Shown: in pieces, positions 1-17,609 of the stretch | Position numbering within the stretch: the stretch's first letter is position 1 | Layout: each line of letters begins with the position of its first letter | Origin: the human T2T-CHM13v2.0 reference genome, Homo sapiens | NCBI RefSeq assembly: GCF_009914755.1 | Contig: NC_060947.1 | Reading direction: 5' to 3' (one strand) | Length of the DNA: 64,000 nucleotides | Notes under the pieces: model-generated | What the model was told of the DNA's origin: nothing | Databases searched by the model: none | Seen by the model: only the letters and a program-made list of their open reading frames with translations | Made by a program: the position numbers and the translations under genes

Positions 1-110
1 CAGGAGGTGGAGGTTGCAGTGAGCCGAGTTTGCACCATTGCACTCCAGCCTGGGCAACAAGAGTGAAACACTGTCTCAAAACAAAAATAAACAAAAAAAC
101 AAAAAAAAAA
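1..110 (+). mobile_element. Alu, 3' end of right arm with A-rich tail (cut by window start)
   Basis: GGAGGTTGCAGTGAGCCGAG...CACTCCAGCCTGGGCAACAAGAG followed by an A-rich tail. Confidence 0.95.
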
Positions 111-129
111 CTTAACCTTATTGACTTTG

Positions 130-1807
130 CGTAACTACCAAAATTTGGGGATATGCCAGACCCAGGCCCTTAGAAAACTGGCCAGGCATCCTAGCACATC
201 TCCAGGGACAAAATCACTGGCCCACAGAATAGGGATATCAGGCCCAACAGTCAACACAAAAGGATTTTACTGGGTCAGGTAATGGGTTCCTGAAGTTCCT
301 CCTCTTAACTATCAACAGTAGTTCAAATGTCCCTAAAGGAAAAATAGTTTCTTACAAACCTTTTATCCATAGCAATTCTCATTCTGGCTTTACAGTAACC
401 ATGGCAGTTCTGCCACTTTGGTAAAACTCCAACAGAGTCAGTGCAGCTGAAACTTTGCCACTGGGTAACCAATCTTAGTCAATACCTCTGCAAGAATTAA
501 ACTAATAAGTGGACTCCTCACCCAGGCAACCAATTTTTTGCTCTCTATGCCCCCGGACTGGCACCACCTCTATTTCCTATCAAGACAACTAGATCCTGTA
601 GTTTTTGTTGAGGCCATCCTCCCACGGGAAGCCCTTGTTCACCCTATCTCAATATGTCCCCCAGGGACTCTCAACATATCCCATCAAAAGATGACTATGC
701 CTCGTGGTGGAACCCTAAAGGGGGAACATTATTTAAAGATCTTACTAATGCCACCATCAAACTCTACCATTCATTAATGGACCCAGTAACCACTGCCAAC
801 TTAGTTGCACATATCTTTCACTTACAGGCCAGAAAATAGGAGACCCCTTTTATAGAGCCTCCACTGCATTCACCACTTTAATGCAAAATACTTTTGCAGC
901 AGAAATTTCACCATCATAAGGAAGTTTTGGGGTTTGTTGATTTTCAGCATATCTACAATTTCTTCCACTATGGTAGGGATGATGCTCCATTGCTTACATC
1001 TCCCCTTATCTAACTTTCGAATGGTCTAACACATCTCTCCCTTTCCCCATGTAGCAACATAGCAAGATTCACCTCTGAGCAAGACCCCATATTCCCTTAA
1101 ATTCAGTACTGCCCTCTCTATTGGGATTATCAGGGTCAGCTACGGGAGGTGGAGGTTGGGAATCCAGCATAAACTGTTTTAGGAGATCACAGTGGCCCTC
1201 CCACAAATGGAAATGGGCCTCATTGGACTTCAACAACAGCTGGATTCCCTGGCCAGTATAGTCCTACAAAACTGAAAAGCCAGAATCTTCTCACAGCTGG
1301 ACAACGAGACACATATTTGTATCTGAAAGAAGAATGCTTTTTTTACATCAATCAGTCTGGTTTAGTCCAAGAAAATATTAAAAATATCTTTACTCAGGCA
1401 AACAAAATTAAAACTTTAGGAACTTCCATGGGAAATTGGAAGCATTAGCTATTGTCTGCCTTGCTCCCTTTAATACTGCCAGTCATTAAAATATTTTAAG
1501 ATTTAACTTTTGGTCCAATTTTGTTTAAAGTCCTGATTTCTTAGTTTCTTGCTTACAGCAATTTCAGTTCCACATGACGGTTTTGCAAGGCTTTTAACCT
1601 TGGTCTCCTGATGAGCTATCTCAGGTCTTGTGCACCAGTCCCGTGAACAACATGGTTCACACCGCGTTAGATCAGGCAGGAAGAGACTTTAGGGCCCAGG
1701 CTAGGCAGGGACAACGCCCCACTCAGCAGGAAGCAGCTTCAGAAGAAATGACCTAGCCCCTCAACCTCCCATATGATTATAGGCCCTAAGATCTCTTAGG
1801 GGGGAAT
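130..1807 (+). mobile_element. Decayed class I ERV env region (TM subunit) ending in a polypurine tract
   Basis: ~1230-1360 translates as LQQQLDSLASIVLQN* (immunosuppressive-domain-like, interrupted by a stop), then LTAGQ..YLYLKEEC..YINQSG (degenerate CX6CC region). PPT TTAGGGGGGAAT lies directly before the LTR TG. Confidence 0.8.
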
Positions 1808-2394
1808 TGAGGCAGGGTAAGTAGTCAAGGAAGTGACCATGACCTTGGCATGCAGCAACCGTGGGGACCATACAGCCAACACAATAAGCCTCAGCATTCA
1901 CATTGTAGTTAAGCTCATTCAAGCAAAGCTGTCTTCAGTAGGGAATTTCCTCTGTAGAGAGAACGTGCACTTTGATTTTACCTCAAACTGACCCTTTGCT
2001 CATTGTAATAGTAAAAAACACACCCCTGGGTGGAGATTTAAAGTGCTAATGAGATATGTGATGTATGAATGAGCATGGATGGGCATGTACACCCAGAGGA
2101 CCACCCAGAACATGTTTGCTAGTAACACATCTTCCCACTTCCTTAAGAATAATCATGTAAGACTCCCATAAAGGGAGTTTCCCCAGTAATAATGAATGCT
2201 GTCTCATCCTTATGACCAGCCAGCCCTGAATCCTCTCTGTGTTTCTCAGTGTGTATTCTGCAGCTAACTTTCAAAATATTCTTTTTCCTTTGCAATAAAT
2301 TACTCTATGCTGCATCTCCTTTGCTATGTGCCTCTTGTTTAAATTCATTTAAACTAAGAAAGCAAGAACCAATGTCTCAGAACAGCCATCAACA
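1808..2394 (+). mobile_element. ERV1 3' LTR, probably MER66-like
   Basis: Starts TGAGGCAGG right after the PPT, has AATAAA at 2294-2299 and ends ...CCATCAACA. Family name is from the recalled consensus. Confidence 0.75.
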
Positions 2395-2689
2395 ACACTC
2401 CAAAATATTCTGCCACTTTTGTTGATTTCATCACCTTCTGCAAATCATCATCTATTAAGCTGTGAGTCTGCATATACATACCATAATACACCTCCATTTT
2501 GGAAAAGCATTATGCTGAAACAGGAAATTCTCATGTTTCCAAATTCTATTTCAATTCTTCCAATCTGTGAACTCCCTGTTTTTGAGTTTCATATATCTGA
2601 TTCTGTCACATTACTGCTAAAAATTATTCACAGAGAACTAGATAAAGACAAACATTATTTTGAATAAACGTCTTCTTTTTGTTTGTTTG

Positions 2690-2975
2690 TTTGTTTTTTA
2701 GACAGGGCCTTGCTTGTTGTCCAGTCTGGAGTGCACTGTTGGGATCACAGCTCACTGCAGCCTCGATCTCCTGAGCTCAAACAATCCTCCTACCTCAGCC
2801 TCCTGAGTAGCTGGGACAACAGGTGTGCAACACCACACCCAGCTAATTTTTTATGTTTTGCAGAGATGTAGTCTCCCCATGGTGCCCAGGCTGGTGTCAT
2901 ATTCCTGGGCTCAAGTGATCCTCCGGACTCAGCTCCCCAAAATGCTGGGATTACAGGTGTGAGACACTGTGCCTT
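2690..2975 (-). mobile_element. Alu (old, AluJ-like)
   Basis: Reverse-complement Alu motifs GCTCACTGCAGCCTCG and GCTGGGATTACAGGTGTGAG. Confidence 0.9.
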
Positions 2976-3289
2976 GCCATACACCCGTCTTTTTAAAAAA
3001 CTCCAGTCATTATATGAATACAATAGAATCTGCATGTTGTTCTTCGTCTTGTCCATTTTCTTTTTTTACTATTATTATACTTTAAGTTCTAGGGTACATG
3101 TGCACAATGTGCAGGTTTATTACATATGTATACTTACACCATGTTGGTTTGCTGCACCCATTAACTCCTCATTTACATTAGGTATTCCTACTAATGCTAT
3201 CCCTCCCCCCTCCCCCCACCCCAAGACAAGCTCCAGTGTGAGAAGTTACCCACCCTGTTTCCAAGTGTTCTCATTGTTCAGTTCCCACC

Positions 3290-7090
<3,801 letters not shown>

Positions 7091-7153
7091 TACGATGTTA
7101 GCTGGTTATTTTGCTTGTTAGTTGATGCAGTTTCTTCCTAGCATCGATGGTCT

Positions 7154-8177
7154 TTACAATTTGGCATGTTTTTGCAGTGGCTGGTACCGGTTGATCCTTT
7201 CCATGTTTAGTGCTTCCTTCAGGAGCTCTTGTAAGGCAGGCCTGGTGGTAACAAAATCTCTCAGCATTTTTTCGTATGTAAAGAATTTTATTTCTCCTTC
7301 ACTTATGAAGCTTAGTTTGGCTGGATATGAAATTCTGGGTTGAAGAATCTTTTCTTTAAGAATGTTGAATATTGGCCCCCACTCTCTTCTGGCTTGTAGA
7401 GTTTCTGCTAAGAGATCCGCTGTTAGTCTGATAGGCTTCCCTTTGTGAGTAACCTGACCTTTCTCTCTGCCTGCCCTTAACATTTTTTCCTTCATTTCAA
7501 CCTTGGTGAATCTGACAATTATGTGTCTTGGGGTGGCTTTTCTTGAGGAGTATCTTTGTGGCATTCTCTGTATTTCCTGAATTTGAATATTGGCATGCCT
7601 TGCTAGGTTGAGGAAGTTCTCCTGGATCATATCCTGAAGAGTGTTTTCCAACTTGGTCCATTCTCCTCATCACTTTTAGGTACACCAATCAAATGTGGAT
7701 TTGGTCTTTTCACATAGTCCCATATTTTTGGAGGCTTTGTTTGTTTCTTTTTACTCTTTTTTCTCTAAACTTCTCTTCTCGCTTCACTTTATTCATTTGA
7801 TCTTCCATCACTGATACCCTTTCTTCCACTTGATCGAATCTGCTACTGAAGCTTGTGCATGCATCACGTAGTTCTTGTGCCATGGTTTTCAGCTCCATCA
7901 GGTCATTTAAGGTCTTCTCTACACTGTTTGTTCTAGTTAGCTATTCGTCTGATCTTTTTTCAAGGTTTTTGGCATATTTGTGATGGGTTCGAACATCCCC
8001 CTTTAGCTTGGAGAAGTTTGTTATTACTGATCTTCTGAAGCCTACTTCTGTCTACTTGTCAAAGTCATTCTCCATCCAGCTTTGTTACATTGCTGGCAAG
8101 GAACTGCGATCCTTTGGAGGAGAAGAGGCATTCTAATTTTTAGAATTTTCAGCTTTTCTGCTCTGGTTTCTCCCCAT
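7154..8177 (-). pseudogene. L1 ORF1 (RNA-binding protein), broken
   Basis: ATG at 8175-8177; ORF-track pieces 7710-7898 and 7154-7651 (..PRHIIVRFTKVEMKEKML..ARREWGPIFNILKEK) are separated by frame breaks. Confidence 0.9.
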
Positions 8178-10192
8178 CTTTGTAGTTTTATCTACCTTTG
8201 GTGTTTGATGATGGTGACCTACAGATGGGGTTTTGGTGTGGATGTCCTTTTTGTTGGTGTTGATGCTATTCCTTGCTGTGTGTTAGTTTTCCTTCTAACA
8301 ATCAGGACACTCAGCTGCAGGTCTGTTGGAGTTTGCTGGAGGTCCACTCCAGACGCTCTTTGCCTAGGTATCACCAGCAGAGGCTGCAGAACAGCAAATA
8401 TTGCAGAACAGCAAATATTGCTGCCTGATCCTTCCTCTGGAAGCTTCGTCTCAGAGGGGCACCCGGCTGTTTGAGGTGTCAGTCGGAACCCTACTGGGAG
8501 ATGTCTCCCAGTTAGTCTACTTGGGGGTCAAGGACCCACTTGACGAGGCAGTCGGTCTGTTCTCAGATCTCGAACTCCGTGCTGGGAGAACCACTGCTCT
8601 CTTCAAAACTGTCAGACAGGGACGTTTAAGTCTGCAGAAGTTTCTGCTGCCTTTTGTTTATTTATGCCCTGCCCCCGGAGGTGGAATCTACAGAGGCAGG
8701 CAGGCCTTGTTGAGCTGCGGTGGGCTCCTCCCAGTCTGAGCTTCCTGGCTGCTTTGTTTACCTAGTCAAGCCTCAGCAATGGAGGGCGCCCCTCCCCCAG
8801 CCTCACTGCCACATTTCAATCTTGGACTGCTGCGCTAGCAGTGAGCAAGGCTCCATGGGTGTGAGAACCACTGAGCCAGGCACAGGATATAATCTCCTGG
8901 TGTGCCGTTTGCTAAGACTTTTGGAAAAGTGCAGTATTAGGGCAGGAGTGTCCCGAGTTTCCAGGTACCATCTGTCACGGCTTCCCTTGGCTAGGAAAGG
9001 GAGTTCCTCGATGCCTTGTGCTTCCCTGGTGAGGTGATGCCCTGCCCAGCTTCAGCTCACACTCTGTGGGCTGCACCCACTGTCCAACGAGTCCCAATGA
9101 GATGAACCTTGTACCTCCGTTGGAAATGCAGAAATCACCTGTCTTCTGTGTTGCTCACACTAGGAGCTGTAGCCTGGAGCTGTTCCTATTCGGCCATCTT
9201 GGAATAATCTCAGTCTTATCCATATTCTTTCTAGTAAACCCCTTTTGTTTCATTAGCTCAAACTCACATCCACATGTTTCTGAAATATCTAACACTCCCC
9301 TTCAATTGCTTCTCACAATTTCAAAAATTTCCTTAGTTTTCAGTGGATTTCAGGGTAACTGTTTTCTAATAATGTCAATGATAGGAACACATTTATTTTC
9401 CGTAGCTGCAATACCTTTTTCTAGTCAACCTCATAACTAAGGGACTCCCATAATTTTGATGAATTTCTACATGCATTTTGCTTCATTCTTGAACATTACA
9501 CCACTTACCTTTGGTGCCTTAACTGTCTAAATAATTTTAGCATAATTTACAAATATTTACTTTTAATTGATACAGTCCATGTAGAGTAAATGTGCTCTCT
9601 AACACATAATCAAGTAATTTACATTAATTGTGGATACTTGTGTGATTTAAAATATTTAGTCATTACACTGATGTACATAAAAATTTATATAAAGATACAA
9701 AATAAATAGTTATAAAGAGTAAAAAATTTCACCCCAGGCTTCTGAACAAATCTGACTTTTAAAAACTCTTGAAAATAATTTTTTAAACATGAAATAAACA
9801 CCAATGTAATTTTCATAACTGCCTTCAGTGAATAAAGTACAAAAGTTTCTTGATAATTGCTATTTTCCTGGGAAAGAATACTTTTTCAGAAAATATTTCA
9901 TATTTGATGAAATTCCATTTCTGAAAAGTCAAATATTTTAAGGAATAAAATTTGCATGACCTACTTGAGGGTTCTTTAGAATATTTTCAAAAATTGCACG
10001 GACATATTTGTAATTAAATCAAACTATTTCTTTTTTCCACCCTGTGGCACTATGGATTCCATGAGCATAGAAAGAGAACAATTGCCAGATTCCCTCAGAA
10101 GGAAGTAGTGGCCTTCAGAAGAATTGCAAGTGAGACGTTTTTCAGTAATAGGCCTGTGGCACCCATGTGTCCCCTCCACATGCACGACGCTC

Positions 10193-10378
10193 AGGGCTCT
10201 GCAGGTGCAAGGGCAAATCCTGCCTTTATTTTAAATTTTGATATATTGTTCATTGTGGATGTTTTGTATTAATTTTGATTTTTGAAAAATTATGGCAAAC
10301 TACTTCTCATCTTGATTGCCAATTGCCTTGCTTTCCCCCAAAATTTTGCCTCCTTCATCTGAACCAAGTCCTGGCCCT
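10193..10378 (-). mobile_element. Old hAT-type DNA transposon fragment (MER53-like)
   Basis: CAGGGC...GCCCT terminal inverted ends around an AT-rich core; family name recalled. Confidence 0.45.
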
Positions 10379-11275
10379 ACCCTGCCTGCTTCCCTGCAGA
10401 CTTCTCAATGTGTGATGTCTTCGGCTACTCCCACAGGCAGGGAGATTCTCTGCTCATTGCAACCAGAGGCACCCTAATGCATAAGATGGTGAAATGCCAA
10501 CCATGTGGCCTTTTCGCCATCATCTCCCCAGTGTCTAGGAGAGAACCAGCACTGGAAAACCCTTGAGGAACATTTGTTGAATGAAGGAAACATCATAACG
10601 AGTGTCTGAAGATTGCTTTAAGCTCCTGATGGGAAATGATTGGTGTTCCAACAAAGTGGCTTTCAAAAATCTTTAGAATAAAGGAATTACAGAAACACAC
10701 CACTCTTGTGGCCAGGGAAAGCAATCTCCCCAGACACGACTGTCAAGGCCACAAGGAACGTCAGACATCAGTTATCCCGGGATTGCCATTTTCCAGAGAT
10801 ATTACAAATGAGGCCCCAAGAAGGGAAAGACAAATCTCAGGTCATAGGCAGCTAGGGCTGGAACAGAGTCTAAGAAGCCAAATGTCCAGCCTGCCTGCTG
10901 CACAGGGCTGCTCCTTGCCCAGACCCAGGAGCCTCAGGTATTTGGGGTGAGAGCCTCTCTGCTTACTGAGGGCAGCATTTTGGCAAACGCACCCTCACTG
11001 GGTGCTTCCACTCTATTCTTGTAGCACAAAATATGGTTTAGCAAGTCCAGAAATGTTTCACTCCTTGTCCGGTATTATACTGAGATAATAGCCTTATACA
11101 GAGAGCATAGTCCTGTAAAAATACTATATCCGACCAATTTTACATAACAGCTCCCTTTTATACAGATGTTTAACATTAGATAGAAATTTAACATTATGTA
11201 TGCATATATACACACATATATGTTTGTGTGTGTGTGTGTGAGATCATGTGACTGTGTTTTTCTCTATACATGTTT

Positions 11276-12197
<922 letters not shown>

Positions 12198-12303
12198 TCT
12201 CTAAACATGTTTTTTAAAGATCAGGAGGAACTGTTTGCTTTCAGCTGGCAAGGCCAGCAAAACCCTTTTCCTTCCTACCTCAGTCTTACATCAACTCTCT
12301 AAG

Positions 12304-13210
12304 TGATACAGGCAGGAGGCAAAGAAACTCTAGGCAGACAAGGGTGAGTCCTTGGTGCAACCCCACCTTCAAGCTGAAAAGCCTGAAGTGAGGACTTCTA
12401 TCCCATCTTGGCCACTCCCTGCCAATTGGTTCTTTCTGAATAATGCTTTTTTACCAATCAAATTTTGCCTTTCCCAAAACCACCTACGGCCCACCATGCC
12501 CCACGTCCCATGTTTGTAAAGACCCCGGATTCAGCCAGTAGAGAGGAGAGGCAGCCAGACATCAAGGAGAAGTGACTTGACTTCAGAGATGACAGCTAGA
12601 GGTCGGGGAGAAGCAATTTGACTTCGGAGGAGAGAGGCAGAGGCGATTTGACTTCAGGGGACAGTGACCTGCCCTTCACGTCCCCTTTCCAGCTGCCTTC
12701 TCCCCTGAAAGCTGCTTTCATCGCAAAACAAAATTCTCTGCACTCACCATCCTTCACTTCAATTAGTCTGTGTGACCTCATTCTTCTTGGGCACCAGACA
12801 AGAATTTGGGACGCACCAAGTATGAGTACCCAAAAAGGCTGTCACACTGGCCCTTTGCCCTTGCTGACAGAGGGCAGCCACCCCATGCGATGAGGCAAAG
12901 GTCCCACTGAGCTGATAACACACTGCTGTCCATGGATGGTGGAGCTAACAGAGCATTGTAACATGCACTCTGGGGCCTTGGGGTTGCAGGCACTCCTACC
13001 CAGATGGTGCCACAGTGCCTGCATGGAGGTTGCTCCTGCCAGCGCCAAAGCAGCTGGCCAGTTGCCACACTCACTTGTCTACATGCTCCATCCCGTGAGA
13101 GGTGGGGTGTGGTGGGCCCAAGGAAAAGGAGTTTGCTCCTGCTGGTGCCAAAGTGGCTGGGCACCCCTGTCATGTGTCCTGTGAAGGGGTCAAGAAAGTA
13201 TCCTGCATCA
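12304..13210 (+). mobile_element. ERV1 solo LTR (LTR27/LTR28/MER52 group)
   Basis: TGATACAGGCAGGAGG...ATCCTGCATCA termini with near-TSD TAAG/TAAA; it splits the ERV-L RT remnant. Confidence 0.75.
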
Positions 13211-13739
13211 TAAACTTATGTCCCAAACTAGTCCTTAGGGATCTTGATCTCCTTTCCTTCCCACCATGTGACACCATTTCTTTGCATTGAGGACGTTATG
13301 CTGATTGAGCAGGACCTAGCAACTACTCTAGACACACTGGTAACATACTGACATGACAACCGAAGTATTAATTTGCACAAAAAATCAGGGGCCTTTTAAC
13401 TTAGTGAAATATCAACATAGTACTTATCAGGTGAACAGCAAGTAGGTACATCTCACCCTTCCTACCATTCAAAGGGGACACGCAAAATATAGTGGGCCTC
13501 CTTAGGTTCTGATGGTGGTAACATGTACCTCATCGAGGTGTGCTGCTGTGACTTATCTTCTAATGACCGGAAAATCTGCTACTTCTGAGTTTGGCCTAGT
13601 ACAAGAAAAAGCTCTCTGAATCCACACCTATGGCTCCAAGGGCAGCTTCCTTAGGAACAGAGTTGTCAGAAAAACAAACAATAAAAAAATCCCTAGGCCT
13701 GGCTTACTTTTCTTTCTTTATAATGGGCTGGCAGCACCG

Positions 13740-14705
13740 CTGTTAATTTTCTATTGCCACATAACAAATTACCCCAAATTGAGCAGCCTAAAACAACACA
13801 CATTAATTATCCACACTTCTGCAAGTCAAGACCAGGAAGGTTTGACCGGCCTCTCCGCTGACTGTCTCCCAAGGCCAACTCAAAATGTCAGGCCGGGTGG
13901 GTGCTGATGTGGAGACTGCGGAATAATCCACTTCTAAGCTTATTCAGGTTATTGCTCATTTAGACCTAGTTCCTTAAGGTGGTAGGAATGTGGTTCCCAT
14001 TTTTTTGCTGGCTGTCATCCAGAAACTGCACTAAACACCTAGAGCCATCCTATACCTTCTTGGGAGCACTGCTTTATCCTCAAAGCGGGCCTGCTGTGTC
14101 ACATCCTTCTTGCACTTTGATTCCCTTACCTCTTCTTCTGCTCCTTGGTAAGGAAAATGCTCTGCTTCTCAAGGATTCCCCTGCCAGGTCTGGCCCACCC
14201 ACACCACATTCGTGTCTCAGGGTCAACTGGCTTGAGACATTAGTTATCCAGCAAAATCCCACCATAGCAGTATTGGGATTATTGCTTGATCGAGTATACA
14301 GGAGATGGGAGTCTGGGGAATCAGACTACAGCTGTCTCAGTCAGCTCGAGTTGCTATCACAGAATACCACAGACTGGGTGGCTTCATCACCAGACATTTC
14401 TTTCTCAAGGTTCTGGAAGCTAGAAATCCAAGATCAGGGTGCCAACATGCTCAAATTCTGGTGGGGGGCCTCTTCCTGGCTTGCAGTCAGCCACCTTGCG
14501 GTAGCCTCACACGTTGAAGAGGCATGGAAGAACAAGTTCCCTTTTCTCTAATTATAAGGGCACTAATCTCATCATAGGGACCCAAACATCATGAACACAT
14601 CTAAACCTAATTACCTCCCAAAAGCTCCACCTCCAAATATCATCCCACTGGGAGTTAGGGTTTCATCATATGAATTCTCAGAGGACACAAATATTCAGTC
14701 TGTTC
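13740..14705 (-). mobile_element. Two adjacent MaLR (MLT1-type) LTRs
   Basis: Typical motifs CATAACAAATTACCCCAAA (~13760), ACAGAATACCACAGACTGGGTGGC (~14360) and GGACACAAATATTCAG (~14685). Confidence 0.7.
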
Positions 14706-15225
14706 ATAATGCCTGTCTACCACAAAAGCCAGAAGCGGACAGCTTCATTACGACAGGCCCAACTGGGATAGCTCTGAAGGACAGTGGTGAAGGGAAATCC
14801 TCCAAGAGGGAAGATGCTTGAGCAGTGTTTCTGTGTGGAGGAGAGATGGCCAGACTATAAGTATGTATCCATGTTTAGGCCGTGTCTCGTTTATTGGCTG
14901 TATGATCAAGGACTTTGTGGACACATGATTGAAAATTTATGACAAGGAGGTCTGGGAAAAAATATGTGGATAGAGTAGTCCAAATGGATATACAATGTGA
15001 AGATACTTAGGTCTCATGAGAGTTCTCAGCAAAGGGTAACCTCTGTAGAGCAGAATTTTAATAATCTGAAGGATAAAGTACCTATTATCTAGATATTAAT
15101 CAGCCTCTTTCCCCAACATTGGTGTCATAACCTCGTGAGCTCACAGAGTGGCCAAGGTGACCAAGGATAGAGATTTTGCTTCAGTAGCATGGACTTCCAC
15201 TCACCAAGGCCAACCTGGCTACAGT

Positions 15226-15685
15226 TGATAGAGACATGAGACAGCCAGGGGTCCCCGGTGAAACCCCGCCTTCAAGCCTAAAATGGCCTGAAGGTTGAGA
15301 AACCAGACTGCTGCTACCGAATGAAACCTGCAGCCAGAAGAACTGGCACTGTTTGCTAGCCCATTCCCAACTGATTCTTTCTTAATATTAGCATCGTGTG
15401 TACTGGGGGAAGGGTGTGGAGCCATGGGAAGTTTGCACCTTGTGCAGGGGTGGCGGTGTGGAGCCTGGTCTCTTCGGTTCCTGTGCGGTGGCCCGGAATC
15501 AATCTGTGAGATGGGGGCCTCTTAGCAGGACTCCCTCTCACTTTGCCGAGAGATTTTTTTTCCTCCCTATTTTTCTTTTTTAACCAATAAATTCAGCTCC
15601 TCACCCTTCAATGTGTCCGCGAACCTAATCTTCCCCGTTCGTGTGAACTCGGTTTTAACTGAACTAAGGAGCAAAATTCTGCAAT
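15226..15685 (+). mobile_element. ERV1 solo LTR (MER61-like)
   Basis: TGATAGAG...AAAATTCTGCAA termini, AATAAA at ~15586, near-TSD CAGT/TAGT; inserted in the ERV-L integrase remnant. Confidence 0.65.
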
Positions 15686-16963
15686 TAGTCATTGCTGAGT
15701 GTACAATCTGCTAGAACAGAGAGCAACACTGAGTCTCTTATATGGCACCTGTCTCCAGCGTGATCAGCCAGTTACCAGATGGCAGGTGATTACATTGGAC
15801 CACTTCCACTATGGAAGGGACAGGGCTGTGTTCTTACTCAAATTGACACTTATTCTGAATATGGATCTTCCTTCCCAACCACAGTAATTTCAGAAAATCA
15901 ACATTTGTGCACTTAGAAAATGCTTTATTTACCATCATGGTATTCCACACAGCATCACCTCCAAACAAGGCACTCGCTTCCCAGAAAATAAAGTGCAGTG
16001 ATGGGCCCGTGTTCATAGGAATTCACTGGTCTTATTATTTATATCTCCCTATCCCCCATCATCTTCTTTATAGACATGATACTGTCTTGGCCTCATTGTT
16101 TTTTGATTCCAAATCAGCCTCCCAATGTGTCCCCCATAATCTGAACCTGACTGGATGAACAGAAACTGAAATGGTCTTGTACAACTCGGTTACAGTGCTA
16201 GCTAAGTGGCAATACCTTGCAGGTCTGAGAAATTACTTTTAGAAGCAGTGTTTGCTGTATGTCTGCATCCAACATAGTCTGCTTTCTCTCCAATAGTCAG
16301 GATTCATTCGTCTTAGAACGAAGGGGTATAACTGGGAGTGTCTCTACTCACTTTCCCCGCCGTGAACCACTAGCATAAGTGCTTCCTGTCCTTCTGATTT
16401 TAGGCTCTCCTGTACTAGAAGTCTTAGTTCCAAAGGAAGAAATGCTTTTGACAAGGGACACAACAGTGACTCCATTGAAAAGAGATCGATACTGCCAGCA
16501 GGCCATTTTGTTCTCTTCATCACTTTCCATCTAGAGGCAAAGGAGGGGGTCATCTACTGGCTGGGGGTGATGAACCTGACAACCAAAGGGGGATTAATTG
16601 CACTACACCAGGGGCTAAAAAGAGTATGTTTGATATGTCTAGACAGCTTCTTAGTCCTCTCATGTTTATTACACTTAATGGAAAATTACAGCAACCCAAT
16701 CCAGGCAGGATATCTATTGGTCCAGACTGTTCAGTAATGAAGGTTTGAGTCATCCTGCCAGACCAAGCATCATGACCAGCTGACATGCTATCTCAGGGCA
16801 AAGGGAATGAGAAATGGGTAGAGAAAGAAGGCAGTTATAAATACCAGCTACAACAATGTGAGCTGCTGCAGAAACCAGGACTGTAATACTAAATACCTTG
16901 CTGAGTTATTGACTCATGCCCCTCCTCAGGCGGAAGAACAAACAAACAAACAAAAGTGCAGCT

Positions 16964-16969
16964 TTTATT
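16964..16969 (-). terminator. Polyadenylation signal of SAGE2P
   Basis: AATAAA on minus, followed by a GU-rich element (TTTGTTTGTTTGTTTGTT, ~16935-16955). Confidence 0.75.
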
Positions 16970-17226
16970 AAGGGAGATTTATTAAATATAAAAAGTTCCC
17001 TCTTTTTTTTCTTAGCTTTTGGAAGGTAATTCTCTTCACTTCAAAATTATAGGGAGCTTCAGCAATAACCTGTTCCATCCTACCGCGTGTACCCTTGTTT
17101 CTCCTTGGTCTTTGCACTAAAACAATTATTTTTTTTCTCATGTGCTTAACTTTTCTGAGATGGCAGTGGGAATCTATTTCTTTAAGCACCTTCTCAAGTT
17201 GCTGAATTAAGGCAACTTTTTTAAAC
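16968..17226 (-). pseudogene. SAGE2P: SAGE2P last exon (end of INTS6-like C-terminal domain), open to TAA at 16968-16970
   Basis: Acceptor TTTCAG, then G TTT AAA AAA GTT.. = (R)[32 protein letters not shown].. Confidence 0.88.
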
Positions 17227-17609
17227 CTGAAATTAAAGAGGTATTCCATTAACCAGAGGATACCTACAGCACCTGTGAGATGTAAGAGGTAGTAGTGGAC
17301 ACAAAATAGAGTTCACAATCGACATGCAAATAAAAAATGCATCCTCATGGAAAGATACAAACTAGAAAAATACAAAGTGATTCAACTGAGAGCCCACATA
17401 CACTCCCAGATTATGGTAAATTTGGAAGGCTCCATGGCATTGGAAGAAAGTGTTAGAATAAGATAATATCAACCTAAATGTCTGTGGAAGTAGCATGACT
17501 ATGATTGAGGGCCAGGGATTAGGAAGAACAAGGCATGATTTTTTCCTGCCCCTGTCCCAAATTGGGCGCAAGTGCTTAAAACAACAGCAGAGTTCCTTTT
17601 TGCACCCAC

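Larger units (their letters stand above)
12215..16885 (+). mobile_element. Fragmented ERV-L internal region (pol RT, integrase, dUTPase remnants), interrupted by younger LTRs
   Basis: FAFSWQGQQ at ~12235, LCPKLVLRDLD at ~13215 and TRWQVITLD at ~15770 resemble HERV-L pol; the region ends ...CCAGGACTGTAAT like the HERV-L internal 3' end. Confidence 0.7.

Noticed and set aside
130-1800. Co-opted syncytin-like env gene
   Set aside because: There is a stop in the ISD-like motif, the cysteine motif is degenerate and no long ORF exists
13979-14551. 190-aa plus-strand ORF as a gene
   Set aside because: It spans two MaLR LTR remnants, starts at a non-ATG codon and has no recognisable domain or splice context
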